Assembly (NCBI GenBank): GCA_965248925.1 | Contig: CBDFLE010000005.1 | Coordinates: forward strand, 960,001-1,024,000 | DNA length: 64,000 nt | DNA from: Candidatus Multivoradales bacterium | GTDB lineage: Bacteria > Acidobacteriota > Thermoanaerobaculia > Multivoradales > J023 | Reading direction: 5' to 3' | Shown: in pieces, positions 7,394 to 17,591 of the stretch | How the letters are laid out: each line of letters opens with the position of its first letter | Numbering within the stretch: the stretch's first letter is position 1 | Notes under the pieces: generated by a model | Database searches by the model: none | Told to the model about the DNA's origin: nothing | Seen by the model: only the letters and a program-made list of their open reading frames with translations | Position numbers and translations under genes: made by a program

Positions 7394-7798
7394 CCGTAGG
7401 CCCGGAGCCGGGGCGTGTGAGGGCCAGGTCGGATAGGGCGCGCACTATCGGACAGCGACCCATGCAAGCCGCGTGACACCTGGGAGGTCCGAGGAGGGAC
7501 CCAGGTGGCGCGCGGCTTGCGGAGCGGCTGGCCCGTGCCCGGAGGGAGCGCAGCGACCGGAGGGACACACGCCCCGGCGGAGCTTGGGGTGAGCTTTCGA
7601 AGAGTCTTCTCTTGGACTACTTGAAGCCCCGCGCCGGGCCGGTGATCGGAGGGCTCAGGTGGTGGATCGCAGATGCTCGGGCCGGGGCGGGCTGGGGTGA
7701 CGAAAAAATACTGCCGAGGGCTGCGTGGCCCGCGAACGGAGGACGGCGCAGCCGGCCGCAGCGCGGGACCCGCAGACCCGGACCGCTTCGGGCGGGGG

Positions 7799-8872
7799 TC
7801 AGTCCTCCGCCTCGGTCTCGACTACATCGAGTAAGTCCTCGGCGGTCACTTCATCGCTGCCGTCTTCTTCTGTCGGCGGTGCCACCCGCCGCCCTAGCTT
7901 CGCGCCCGGATGGGTTGCCGAGTGGATCGACTTCAGTTTGCGGATCGATACCTGAGTGTAAATCTGCGTCGTCTCCAGCTTGGCATGGCCGAGCATCTGC
8001 TGAATGAAGCGGATATCCGCACCACCTTCGAGCATCAGCGTCGCCATCGTGTGGCGGAAGAGATGGCAAGCGCCCGACTTGCCGAGATCGGCGGCGAGCA
8101 CGTAGCCGCGCACCAGCTGAGTCATTCGCGACGGCGCAAACGGCGTCCCCTGGTTGGTGAGAAAGAGCGGCCCGCCGTCCGGCTCGACCACCAGCGACGG
8201 CCGTACCGCAGTGACGTAGCGATCGATCCAGGCCAACGCCCGCTCGCCGATCGGGATCATCCAATCTTTCCTACCCTTGCCCTGGCGCACCATCACCGTC
8301 CCGCGCTCGATGTCGAGATCGTAACGGCCGAGGCCGATCAGCTCAGCCCGGCGCATGCCCGTGGAGTAGAAGACTTCAAGGATTGTTCGGTCGCGCATCC
8401 CGAGCGGCTCCGTGGTGTCGGGCTGGTTGAGCACCTGGTCGGCTTCAGAGGCGGTCAGCACCGCCGCCGGCAGCCGGTGCTCCAGCTTCGGTAGCTCCAG
8501 CTCCGAGGCCGGGTTGTAGAGCAGGTGGTTGGCCCGAGCCGCCCATTTGAAGAAGGCCCTTACCGGCACCAGCCGCGAGTGCTGAGCCCGGAAAGACAGC
8601 GGCCGCCCGTCCCCAGGCTTGCGGTAGTGGTAGAGCCACCTGGCGTAGCGCTCCAGGATCGGCTTGGTCACTTCCGACGGCCGCGACACCCCACGCTCTT
8701 CACACCATGCGATGAGAAACGAGAGGTATAGATGCCGGTTCTCAACGGTTCGTGGAGAGTAGTTCTTGATCGCCATCCACTCCAGGTACTGACCCGCCAT
8801 CACCGCGAAGCCCCGAGGGTCGGTTGGATTGCCCGGCAAGAGGCGGATCTTGCGCTCGCCACGGCGCGGCAT
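7799..8872 (-). CDS. Tyrosine recombinase (unit 2)
   Basis: Near-identical to 206-1279; catalytic motifs intact. Confidence 0.95.
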   Translation of the reverse strand: MPRRGERKIRLLPGNPTDPRGFAVMAGQYLEWMAIKNYSPRTVENRHLYLSFLIAWCEERGVSRPSEVTKPILERYARWLYHYRKPGDGRPLSFRAQHSRLVPVRAFFKWAARANHLLYNPASELELPKLEHRLPAAVLTASEADQVLNQPDTTEPLGMRDRTILEVFYSTGMRRAELIGLGRYDLDIERGTVMVRQGKGRKDWMIPIGERALAWIDRYVTAVRPSLVVEPDGGPLFLTNQGTPFAPSRMTQLVRGYVLAADLGKSGACHLFRHTMATLMLEGGADIRFIQQMLGHAKLETTQIYTQVSIRKLKSIHSATHPGAKLGRRVAPPTEEDGSDEVTAEDLLDVVETEAED

Positions 8873-11800
8873 CAGGCCCCCTCGACCGCCGCCGAGCCGC
8901 CGGTACGAGGCCCAGATTTACGACATGACGGGCCGTTTTCTCGCACCCCCTTATATGCGTTTTTTGCCGAAACTCCACGATTTCCGGCCGAAGTTGTTGA
9001 TTCTGCTTGGGAAACTGCACCCCGACCACCCCCCGACACCCCCCCGACTTGGGGCCGACTTGGCCCCGACTTCTCAGCTTCAGACCCCGACTTCTTTTCG
9101 TCGTACCTGAGTGTTTCGACCTCGATCAGCCCCGGCAGTCGCGGCCGCTCCGGCTCGTCGCTGGCCACGTAAACCAGCTCGTAGACAAAGCTCTGCCCCC
9201 GCCCGCCCTGATGCACCAGCAGATACTCAAACTCCTCAAGACGGCGTAGGTGCAGCTTCAGCTGCGTATTGCCCCAGCCGGTGTGCTCGCGCACCGCCCG
9301 CCGGCTGAAACGGTAGTCCGGCCGATCCATCGCCAGCGCCTCACAGGCTTCGCTGACCATCTCGTCGATCAGCCCCAGCAGGCGCCGCGTCTGCGGCGGC
9401 AGCTCATCGAGCGAGCGCCCCAAGACTTCGTGCGCCAGGCGGTTGGCTGTCTCGATGTCTGTGGCCACCACTTCGACGTACTCCACCTCTCGCCCGTCGA
9501 CCACCGCCAGCTTCACCTCTCGCTGGTATTGATGCAAAAGAGCAATCACGTCGATCAGCGTCAGGTACTTCTCGTGGTCCCGGCGGGTGCGGATTTGCGT
9601 ATCGAGAAAGGTAAGTTCCGGAGCAAAGGGATTGACCACCGCCAGCGGCCGCAGCAGCCGCTGCGCGTTCTGGTGCAGCGCCATCACCCCGTCGCGCCGG
9701 GTGCGCGAGAGTAGCCCCTCCAGCGTCCGCCGCTGCCGCTGCAGCCGGTGAATCGCCCGCGTCTGCTCTCGCGCCTCGTCCACCGAGAGCACCAAGCAGC
9801 GATTCAAAAGCTCTTCATCGATGTCGATTGCCGTGGTCGTCAAGAAGATCATCACCGGCCCTTCGACGTGGTACTCGTGCGTCACCAGCTTGCCCGTTGA
9901 AGCATCCTTGCCGGTCGAGGCAATCGTCAGCTCGCCCTCCGACTGAAGCAGCTTCAAGGCGTAGCTAGCCCGCTCGGCCCCCTCCTCCTCGACGATCGCC
10001 AGGATCTTGTGCTGCAGATCCGTTTCGCCCATGTAGAACAGCGATTGCCCGGTCATCGCCGAGTACTTCACTTGCTGCTCACCTGGCATCAGCGACAGCA
10101 CCGCCTCCATCAGCGCCGACTTACCGGCCGCTGAGCTGGACTGCACCACCACCGCCAGCGGCCGTTCCAGGAAACGCGAGGTCGACGCCAGGTAGCCCAT
10201 CAGCTTGTTGACCTCCTCGCCCACCACCCCGCAGCGCTCGAAGTCCGCGAGGATGCGCACCAAGAGATCTGGTGAGCGCAGCAGCTCAAGCGCCGCTTCC
10301 TTCTCTCCCTCTGACAGCTCCACCGCCGTCGACTGCGGCTCGAGTGCTGAGCGGATCTGCTCGTCCTGCAGCTCCTCGAGCTTCAGCAGCACCTTGCCCA
10401 GATCCTTCTTGACCACCTGCTCCTCGACCCCCAGCTCAGCGGCTGCCGCCCGCTGAAACACCGCCCGCGGCCGCGCCGCGTAGAGATCGAAAGTGTCGAC
10501 GTGGAAGGCGTCGCCCCGCGACGCCAGGACGTTGACCTTGAGCACGTCGTAGGCCAGATTCTTCGGCAGACCGCGAATGCGGTAGCGGCGATCGCCGAGC
10601 GACAAGACCACCTCCTGGTCGCGCACCTCAGCCGGCATATCTGGCGGAGGCGGTGCGGGCAGTGGGGAGGCTTCGGCCGGGGCGGGCAGTGCCAATACCG
10701 CCTCTCCGGCGGTATTCGATGATGTCAGCTGCTCTGTTGGTGGAGCCATTACCGCCTCTGCGGCTGTGTTTGGCCGTACCGTTGGCGCGATTAGGCCAGC
10801 TGTTGGCCCAAACCCCGGTTTCACGCCCGGCGGCTTGCCTTTGCCGAGCCACTGTGCTTTGCGGATCACCACCCCCAGCGACTTCGCCGCCGGGGTCACC
10901 TTCAGCGCGTACTCGTTGGCATCCATGCCACGCGGAAATTGGATTCGGTAGCAGTCGATCCCGGCACCCACCAGCTTCTCGGCCAGCTTCCCGGCGGCCT
11001 TCTCGCCGGCATCGTCACGGTCGTAGGCGATCAGCACCCGCTCGACTCCGTGGCCACCGAAGGCTGCCAGCATCTCCGCGGTGAAACCCTGGATGCCGTA
11101 GGCGCTGGTGACGTTACGGTAACCCGCACACCAGAAAGTCAGAGCGTCGATCAGCGACTCGCAGAGGATGATCTCGGTCGAGGCCACCAGAGCTTCCGCA
11201 TTAAAGATCCCTCGATGTGGACCCGGCAGATAGAGATGCAAGGGCGTCCCCTTGCGAAGATTTAGTGTGATCTTGCGCCCGTAGATCTCCACCACCTGGC
11301 CTGTTGAATCGAAAACCGGAAAGACGATCGAGCCGTTGAAGTGCTCATGACCCGACTTGCGCAGCACGCCGAGCTTCTGCAATCGACCCCGCATCTCCTT
11401 ACCCGCCTTCAGCTGCTTCGATGGCAGTCGATAGCCCAGCGTCCGGTTGGCGAAGCCAAGCCTGAAATGCTCGATCATCTCCGGGTGCTTCAGCCCTCTG
11501 CTCTCCAGATAAGCCAGCGCCTCCGGGCCCTCCTTCAAAGCCTCGTGGTAGTAGCCGACGACCTGGCCGAGCAACTCCGCGTCCTCGACGTCCGCCACCA
11601 CCGGCGAAGGCAGAGCCGGCGCCGAAGGCCGCGCCTCAGTGACCGCCGCCGCCGGCAGATCCGAGCGCAGCAGCTCGACCGCGTGGCGAAACGACACCCC
11701 GCGATCTCGCATCACCCAATCGATCACCGAGCCACCCGCCTGGCAGGCGCCCAGGCAGTGCCACAGGTTCTTCTTTGGCGAGATCACCAGCGACGGCTCG

Positions 11801-11937
11801 TGGTCGTCGTGAAACGGACACAGCCCCAGCAGGTCCGCCCCGTGCCGTTTCAGCTCTACACCGCGGGCCAGGACCAGGCGTTCCACCGATACTTCTCGCT
11901 TTAGTCGCTCCACTTCCGCTTCCGGAATCCTGCTCAC
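8872..11937 (-). CDS. CHC2/Toprim primase-ATPase (unit 2)
   Basis: Near-identical to unit 1 copy; GTG start coupled to SymE-2 stop. Confidence 0.92.
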   Translation of the reverse strand: MSRIPEAEVERLKREVSVERLVLARGVELKRHGADLLGLCPFHDDHEPSLVISPKKNLWHCLGACQAGGSVIDWVMRDRGVSFRHAVELLRSDLPAAAVTEARPSAPALPSPVVADVEDAELLGQVVGYYHEALKEGPEALAYLESRGLKHPEMIEHFRLGFANRTLGYRLPSKQLKAGKEMRGRLQKLGVLRKSGHEHFNGSIVFPVFDSTGQVVEIYGRKITLNLRKGTPLHLYLPGPHRGIFNAEALVASTEIILCESLIDALTFWCAGYRNVTSAYGIQGFTAEMLAAFGGHGVERVLIAYDRDDAGEKAAGKLAEKLVGAGIDCYRIQFPRGMDANEYALKVTPAAKSLGVVIRKAQWLGKGKPPGVKPGFGPTAGLIAPTVRPNTAAEAVMAPPTEQLTSSNTAGEAVLALPAPAEASPLPAPPPPDMPAEVRDQEVVLSLGDRRYRIRGLPKNLAYDVLKVNVLASRGDAFHVDTFDLYAARPRAVFQRAAAAELGVEEQVVKKDLGKVLLKLEELQDEQIRSALEPQSTAVELSEGEKEAALELLRSPDLLVRILADFERCGVVGEEVNKLMGYLASTSRFLERPLAVVVQSSSAAGKSALMEAVLSLMPGEQQVKYSAMTGQSLFYMGETDLQHKILAIVEEEGAERASYALKLLQSEGELTIASTGKDASTGKLVTHEYHVEGPVMIFLTTTAIDIDEELLNRCLVLSVDEAREQTRAIHRLQRQRRTLEGLLSRTRRDGVMALHQNAQRLLRPLAVVNPFAPELTFLDTQIRTRRDHEKYLTLIDVIALLHQYQREVKLAVVDGREVEYVEVVATDIETANRLAHEVLGRSLDELPPQTRRLLGLIDEMVSEACEALAMDRPDYRFSRRAVREHTGWGNTQLKLHLRRLEEFEYLLVHQGGRGQSFVYELVYVASDEPERPRLPGLIEVETLRYDEKKSGSEAEKSGPSRPQVGGVSGGGRGAVSQAESTTSAGNRGVSAKNAYKGVRENGPSCRKSGPRTGGSAAVEGA
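9022..9091. repeat. Iteron-like CCGAC array (unit 2; also 16564-16633 in unit 3)
   Basis: Same array as 1429-1498. Confidence 0.65.
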
Positions 11938-12158
11938 CGTGCCGCCTCCGATCCCACCGGAGTAAGCACCAAACGATCCTGCTCGACCTCCACCCGCAGC
12001 CGCTCCCCACAGCGAAACCCCGCTGCTTCCAGCCAAGCCCCCCGCATCCGCACAAACGGCACAAGCCGCACCGAGCACGGACCGTTGATGTAGTGCGGTG
12101 CGCGGGGCTCGTGCAGGGTAGAGATCGTCAGATGCCGCTCAGCTCTCGACTCAGACAC
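11934..12158 (-). CDS. SymE-family protein 2 (unit 2)
   Basis: Homologue of 4338-4562; start set by alignment. Confidence 0.85.
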   Translation of the reverse strand: MSESRAERHLTISTLHEPRAPHYINGPCSVRLVPFVRMRGAWLEAAGFRCGERLRVEVEQDRLVLTPVGSEAAR

Positions 12159-12447
12159 AGGCTGCTCCTGCCAGGCGACTTGCCGAGACCTCATCAATCC
12201 GGCCGATCTGATCCGCCGGCACCCACACCACCGGCTGCATTTCCCTCTCCTCCTCGCCCTCTTCCACCCGCGTCACCACCAAACGCCCGTCACCCACCAC
12301 ATCGATCCGCACTCGCGCACCGGGGTAGAAGCCAGCGTCCTGGAGCCATGGGCCGACCACTTGCAGCAATGGCAGCTGTGCCGATCTGGGCAAGACGTGC
12401 CAGCCGGGGCGGTACAGGGCGGAGATCGTTAGCTTGTGCTCGGTCAT
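12151..12447 (-). CDS. SymE-family protein 1 (unit 2)
   Basis: Homologue of 4555-4851; similarity to unit 1 begins at this ATG. Confidence 0.8.
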   Translation of the reverse strand: MTEHKLTISALYRPGWHVLPRSAQLPLLQVVGPWLQDAGFYPGARVRIDVVGDGRLVVTRVEEGEEEREMQPVVWVPADQIGRIDEVSASRLAGAACV

Positions 12448-12533
12448 TGGAGATCCTCCGGCAAGATTCTGTCTTTCTGTTGTAGCTGATGGGCTCGTTT
12501 TCATAGCGAGCACCATACGCATCGATTGACTCG

Positions 12534-12623
12534 ATTATATAGCGCATAGACGTGGTTTTACAAGTAAGAACTCTGCCCCGAGACTCCATTTCCCTTGATG
12601 GCGAGGTGCTTGCGCTGTAGAAT
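12534..12623. promoter_or_regulatory. Divergent sigma70-type promoters (unit 2; 22982-23071 in unit 3)
   Basis: - strand TTGTAA(12563-12558)-18-TATAAT(12539-12534); + strand TTGATG(12595)-17-TAGAAT(12618). Confidence 0.55.
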
Positions 12624-12652
12624 TTGCGGAGATTCATAGCGAGAGGCAACGG

Positions 12653-13030
12653 ATGGAGATGACTACAGACGCCCCCAGCTTCGGCCAGAAGCTCCGCAAG
12701 CTGCGCAAAGAGCGCGGATGGTCCCAGGACGAGTTCGGCAAACGGGTCGGCATCCACGGTCGCCATGTAGGCAAGTATGAGATTGGCCAAGCCATGCCCA
12801 ACGCCGAAACTGCCGTCAGGCTCGCCGATGTTCTCGACGTCTCGATCGATTTTCTACTGCGGGATGATCTCGATGGGGATGCAGCCCGTGGGGCTGCCTT
12901 GCGGGATCGGGAGTTGCTACGCCAGTTCGAAGCGGTCGAGCGGATGAGCGACGATGATCGCCACGTCGTCACCTCCCTTATCGACGCCTACATCAAGAAG
13001 CACCAGATCGAAGAAGTGCTCCACCAGTGA
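12653..13030 (+). CDS. XRE-family HTH regulator (unit 2/3 allele)
   Basis: KLRKLRKERGWSQDEFGKRVG...KYEIG...LADVLDVSIDFLL. Confidence 0.92.
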   Translation: MEMTTDAPSFGQKLRKLRKERGWSQDEFGKRVGIHGRHVGKYEIGQAMPNAETAVRLADVLDVSIDFLLRDDLDGDAARGAALRDRELLRQFEAVERMSDDDRHVVTSLIDAYIKKHQIEEVLHQ

Positions 13031-13057
13031 GAGTGCCCGGTGGGACACCGGGCACTC
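13031..13057. terminator. 12-bp perfect hairpin right after regulator stop (also 23479-23505)
   Basis: GAGTGCCCGGTG-GGA-CACCGGGCACTC between convergent genes; no U-tract. Confidence 0.65.
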
Positions 13058-13095
13058 ATGATGGCGAGCTACTGTCAAAGGTTGGCCAACGCGGC

Positions 13096-13350
13096 CTACT
13101 CGCCGTGCAGCTTTCTCGCGGCTAGCTCAAGAGCGTGCTGAAAACCCTTGAGATCCACCTCCCGAGAGATTTGTTCTTCCACAAGCCCAGGCCCTGGCAC
13201 CTCTAACATTTTGTGCTCAAGGCCATGCTCCTGGCTCACGAGCGCCACAAACTTGTCATCACAGTAGATCTCTGCGTAAACCTTCTCGTGATCCAGATCG
13301 CTGGCAATCATCACGCTGAAATGGCCAGCTGAGAACTCATCCCGCTTCAT
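13096..13350 (-). CDS. Putative immunity protein for toxin tip 2
   Basis: 84 aa acidic protein, ATGA overlap with toxin stop. Confidence 0.8.
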   Translation of the reverse strand: MKRDEFSAGHFSVMIASDLDHEKVYAEIYCDDKFVALVSQEHGLEHKMLEVPGPGLVEEQISREVDLKGFQHALELAARKLHGE

Positions 13351-14450
13351 GGATCTAGGAATCCTATGAACTGCCCATCTCCGTCGAAGCGTACTCCGCG
13401 CCCACTGGCAGTATCGAAAATATCCCGTCCACCGAGGCGATTTGCCCGAGTAGTCTGGTTCGAGCTGTTCAAGATCTCTTCAAGGATCTGTTGTCCTTGA
13501 TCGTTCCTTGCAGCTGCATTGCCCGTTGACCGTGGAAAAACGCTGTCTGCTCTGTCTCCGTGCTTCTGTAGAGAGCGCCCAGCTCTGCTAAGTCCATTTC
13601 TATCCAGTTGCTGGCCAGCCCGAAGCAGGTCGTCAACGCTCGCTGCCCCCTTTGCTCCTCCGCGCGATCCCCGTTGAAAGACCTTACCAAGTCGAGCAAA
13701 GACAGCAGACAGCTTTGACCCAACACTAGGAAGTGCTTTTCGAGTAACAGCGACAACAAGAGTCGTCTCGTCGACTGGCGAGAGAAGGCTGGCAGCAAAC
13801 AGTGCTCCCATTCCCCGAGCATTGATGTTCTCAATGTACTGCTCCTGGGTGATCTCGCCCCGCATCAAGCGCTGTATATCTTGTTCGAGAGCCATCGCCG
13901 CACGGCTTTCTCGCCCATTGGGGTCGATCTCGTTGATCGGGTTGTTCCCCGCATAGGAATAGCGGTTCCAGCTTCCCGGCGCGCTGGGCTTGGCGGACTT
14001 CGCCGGGTCCACACTCAAGAACCGCCCCACCACCGGACTGCAATGCCGCGCATGCATGTAGTCCAGCTCGCTCCTCGCCCCGGTCCCGGTCTTGTCCCGC
14101 TCATGACCGGTGAATTTCAGCTGGATCTCGTCAGCCTCCGCGCTGGTCGCCTCTTGACCAAAGGGAAAGTAGTTGTGCAACGCCACCTGCTGACCCCCTC
14201 GGGTGAAGGGGACAGCCCGACGCGGTTTCCAGCTTGAGAGCTGGTAACCCTCTATGCCTGTTCTACTTAAGCCTCGCTCGGCCCTACTGCCGGCGGGGTC
14301 TTGGTGCTCGAAGGTCCAGAGGCGAGTTTCGGCGTAGCTCGACTCGGAGATCGGCGCGATCGCTGTTGCCGGCATCGTCACCGCCAGGAGCGCGACGACC
14401 AGCCCGAGCGCCATCGTCCAAGTGCTTCTTCCTTTAGCTGCCTGCCTCAT
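13347..14450 (-). CDS. Displaced RHS core end + toxin tip 2 fused to signal-peptide leader
   Basis: Same 82-aa leader as 5847-6908; from TRGGQQ onward identical to the C-terminus of the full RHS. Confidence 0.9.
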   Translation of the reverse strand: MRQAAKGRSTWTMALGLVVALLAVTMPATAIAPISESSYAETRLWTFEHQDPAGSRAERGLSRTGIEGYQLSSWKPRRAVPFTRGGQQVALHNYFPFGQEATSAEADEIQLKFTGHERDKTGTGARSELDYMHARHCSPVVGRFLSVDPAKSAKPSAPGSWNRYSYAGNNPINEIDPNGRESRAAMALEQDIQRLMRGEITQEQYIENINARGMGALFAASLLSPVDETTLVVAVTRKALPSVGSKLSAVFARLGKVFQRGSRGGAKGAASVDDLLRAGQQLDRNGLSRAGRSLQKHGDRADSVFPRSTGNAAARNDQGQQILEEILNSSNQTTRANRLGGRDIFDTASGRGVRFDGDGQFIGFLDP

Positions 14451-14905
14451 GCCGGGCCATTCTACGCCGCGGGTGGCGCTCGAAGACAGCGGCTAAAGGA
14501 GGAAGGGTGGTTGGTGCGGAGGCGGGATGCGGTTTTCTTAGGCCGCTTTCTTCGGGCAGTGGGTGTTTTCTTAGGTCGTTTTCGTCGGGCTGGTCGTCGG
14601 AGCGAGCGCGGGTCTTTCCGGCAGTTTGGTGCCGGCGGCGCAGCCGCCAAACCAATCTGCACGTTGGGGGCGTGGTGGCGGCGGGGCCGGAGCCGAGCAC
14701 GGCGACCGCAGGGCGCCGCGCGCAGGGTACGGAGGCCACGACGCAGGGCGGGTCTTGGGAGGAGGATGGGGAGCCCCCTTGAGGGGGCGGACGGGGCCGG
14801 GCCGAGCCGTCGCAGTGCTGGCTGGTGGATCTCGGCAAGGAGGCCCGGAGCGGGGCGTGGTTCCGAAGCCGCTGACCATCGCAGGCTCGCGGAGTGCTCA
14901 CCCCA

Positions 14906-14935
14906 AGTTTCCATAATGCACGCGTTATGGAAAGG
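14906..14935. other. dif/cer-like recombination site (unit 3 copy)
   Basis: Identical to 7364-7393. Confidence 0.7.
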
Positions 14936-15340
14936 CCGTAGGCCCGGAGCCGGGGCGTGTGAGGGCCAGGTCGGATAGGGCGCGCACTATCGGACAGCGA
15001 CCCATGCAAGCCGCGTGACACCTGGGAGGTCCGAGGAGGGACCCAGGTGGCGCGCGGCTTGCGGAGCGGCTGGCCCGTGCCCGGAGGGAGCGCAGCGACC
15101 GGAGGGACACACGCCCCGGCGGAGCTTGGGGTGAGCTTTCGAAGAGTCTTCTCTTGGACTACTTGAAGCCCCGCGCCGGGCCGGTGATCGGAGGGCTCAG
15201 GTGGTGGATCGCAGATGCTCGGGCCGGGGCGGGCTGGGGTGACGAAAAAATACTGCCGAGGGCTGCGTGGCCCGCGAACGGAGGACGGCGCAGCCGGCCG
15301 CAGCGCGGGACCCGCAGACCCGGACCGCTTCGGGCGGGGG

Positions 15341-16414
15341 TCAGTCCTCCGCCTCGGTCTCGACTACATCGAGTAAGTCCTCGGCGGTCACTTCATCGCT
15401 GCCGTCTTCTTCTGTCGGCGGTGCCACCCGCCGCCCTAGCTTCGCGCCCGGATGGGTTGCCGAGTGGATCGACTTCAGTTTGCGGATCGATACCTGAGTG
15501 TAAATCTGCGTCGTCTCCAGCTTGGCATGGCCGAGCATCTGCTGAATGAAGCGGATATCCGCACCACCTTCGAGCATCAGCGTCGCCATCGTGTGGCGGA
15601 AGAGATGGCAAGCGCCCGACTTGCCGAGATCGGCGGCGAGCACGTAGCCGCGCACCAGCTGAGTCATTCGCGACGGCGCAAACGGCGTCCCCTGGTTGGT
15701 GAGAAAGAGCGGCCCGCCGTCCGGCTCGACCACCAGCGACGGCCGTACCGCAGTGACGTAGCGATCGATCCAGGCCAACGCCCGCTCGCCGATCGGGATC
15801 ATCCAATCTTTCCTACCCTTGCCCTGGCGCACCATCACCGTCCCGCGCTCGATGTCGAGATCGTAACGGCCGAGGCCGATCAGCTCAGCCCGGCGCATGC
15901 CCGTGGAGTAGAAGACTTCAAGGATTGTTCGGTCGCGCATCCCGAGCGGCTCCGTGGTGTCGGGCTGGTTGAGCACCTGGTCGGCTTCAGAGGCGGTCAG
16001 CACCGCCGCCGGCAGCCGGTGCTCCAGCTTCGGTAGCTCCAGCTCCGAGGCCGGGTTGTAGAGCAGGTGGTTGGCCCGAGCCGCCCATTTGAAGAAGGCC
16101 CTTACCGGCACCAGCCGCGAGTGCTGAGCCCGGAAAGACAGCGGCCGCCCGTCCCCAGGCTTGCGGTAGTGGTAGAGCCACCTGGCGTAGCGCTCCAGGA
16201 TCGGCTTGGTCACTTCCGACGGCCGCGACACCCCACGCTCTTCACACCATGCGATGAGAAACGAGAGGTATAGATGCCGGTTCTCAACGGTTCGTGGAGA
16301 GTAGTTCTTGATCGCCATCCACTCCAGGTACTGACCCGCCATCACCGCGAAGCCCCGAGGGTCGGTTGGATTGCCCGGCAAGAGGCGGATCTTGCGCTCG
16401 CCACGGCGCGGCAT
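15341..16414 (-). CDS. Tyrosine recombinase (unit 3)
   Basis: Protein identical to unit 2 copy. Confidence 0.95.
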   Translation of the reverse strand: MPRRGERKIRLLPGNPTDPRGFAVMAGQYLEWMAIKNYSPRTVENRHLYLSFLIAWCEERGVSRPSEVTKPILERYARWLYHYRKPGDGRPLSFRAQHSRLVPVRAFFKWAARANHLLYNPASELELPKLEHRLPAAVLTASEADQVLNQPDTTEPLGMRDRTILEVFYSTGMRRAELIGLGRYDLDIERGTVMVRQGKGRKDWMIPIGERALAWIDRYVTAVRPSLVVEPDGGPLFLTNQGTPFAPSRMTQLVRGYVLAADLGKSGACHLFRHTMATLMLEGGADIRFIQQMLGHAKLETTQIYTQVSIRKLKSIHSATHPGAKLGRRVAPPTEEDGSDEVTAEDLLDVVETEAED

Positions 16415-17591
16415 CAGGCCCCCTCGACCGCCGCCGAGCCGCCGGTACGAGGCCCAGATTTACGACATGACGGGCCGTTTTCTCGCACCCCCTTATATGC
16501 GTTTTTTGCCGAAACTCCACGATTTCCGGCCGAAGTTGTTGATTCTGCTTGGGAAACTGCACCCCGACCACCCCCCGACACCCCCCCGACTTGGGGCCGA
16601 CTTGGCCCCGACTTCTCAGCTTCAGACCCCGACTTCTTTTCGTCGTACCTGAGTGTTTCGACCTCGATCAGCCCCGGCAGTCGCGGCCGCTCCGGCTCGT
16701 CGCTGGCCACGTAAACCAGCTCGTAGACAAAGCTCTGCCCCCGCCCGCCCTGATGCACCAGCAGATACTCAAACTCCTCAAGACGGCGTAGGTGCAGCTT
16801 CAGCTGCGTATTGCCCCAGCCGGTGTGCTCGCGCACCGCCCGCCGGCTGAAACGGTAGTCCGGCCGATCCATCGCCAGCGCCTCACAGGCTTCGCTGACC
16901 ATCTCGTCGATCAGCCCCAGCAGGCGCCGCGTCTGCGGCGGCAGCTCATCGAGCGAGCGCCCCAAGACTTCGTGCGCCAGGCGGTTGGCTGTCTCGATGT
17001 CTGTGGCCACCACTTCGACGTACTCCACCTCTCGCCCGTCGACCACCGCCAGCTTCACCTCTCGCTGGTATTGATGCAAAAGAGCAATCACGTCGATCAG
17101 CGTCAGGTACTTCTCGTGGTCCCGGCGGGTGCGGATTTGCGTATCGAGAAAGGTAAGTTCCGGAGCAAAGGGATTGACCACCGCCAGCGGCCGCAGCAGC
17201 CGCTGCGCGTTCTGGTGCAGCGCCATCACCCCGTCGCTGCCTATTCCGACGAAACTGACCAGCCATTCCGATCGAAACCGACCACTTGTCGGAGCGAAGC
17301 GACGCTGGCGCTCTCCTCAGTTGTAAGTGTCCACTTTCGCTGTAGCTGGAGCCCTCCTTCCGGCTCTTCTTCTTGGTTGATTGTATTCAAATAACCCGTC
17401 GTCGGGGCTGTGCGTAGCTGTGGGAAACGCGGGTGGGTGGCCGGGGGGCGTTTTCCAAGCGGCTGTGGGAATCGCAGAGCGATTTCCTCAGCCGCGGCAG
17501 CTTCCACAGTCCATCTTGGGTCGGGTCCGGATCGGGCCGCAGGCCCGCTGATGGGTCAGGATCGGCGATCGCTTCAGCATGCTCTTGGATC

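Larger units (their letters stand above)
6665..14206 (-). mobile_element. Unit 2 (complete, 7542 bp)
   Basis: Bounded by GGGTGA|AGGGGA junctions at 6664/6665 and 14206/14207; period 7542 bp (integrase 7799 vs 15341). Confidence 0.9.

Noticed and set aside
6759-8007. Several 60-225 aa ORFs in the spacer (and copies at 14301-15549)
   Set aside because: Arg/Pro/Gly/Ala-rich with overlapping frames and no motifs; typical GC-rich shadow ORFs. Their recurrence only reflects the duplication.
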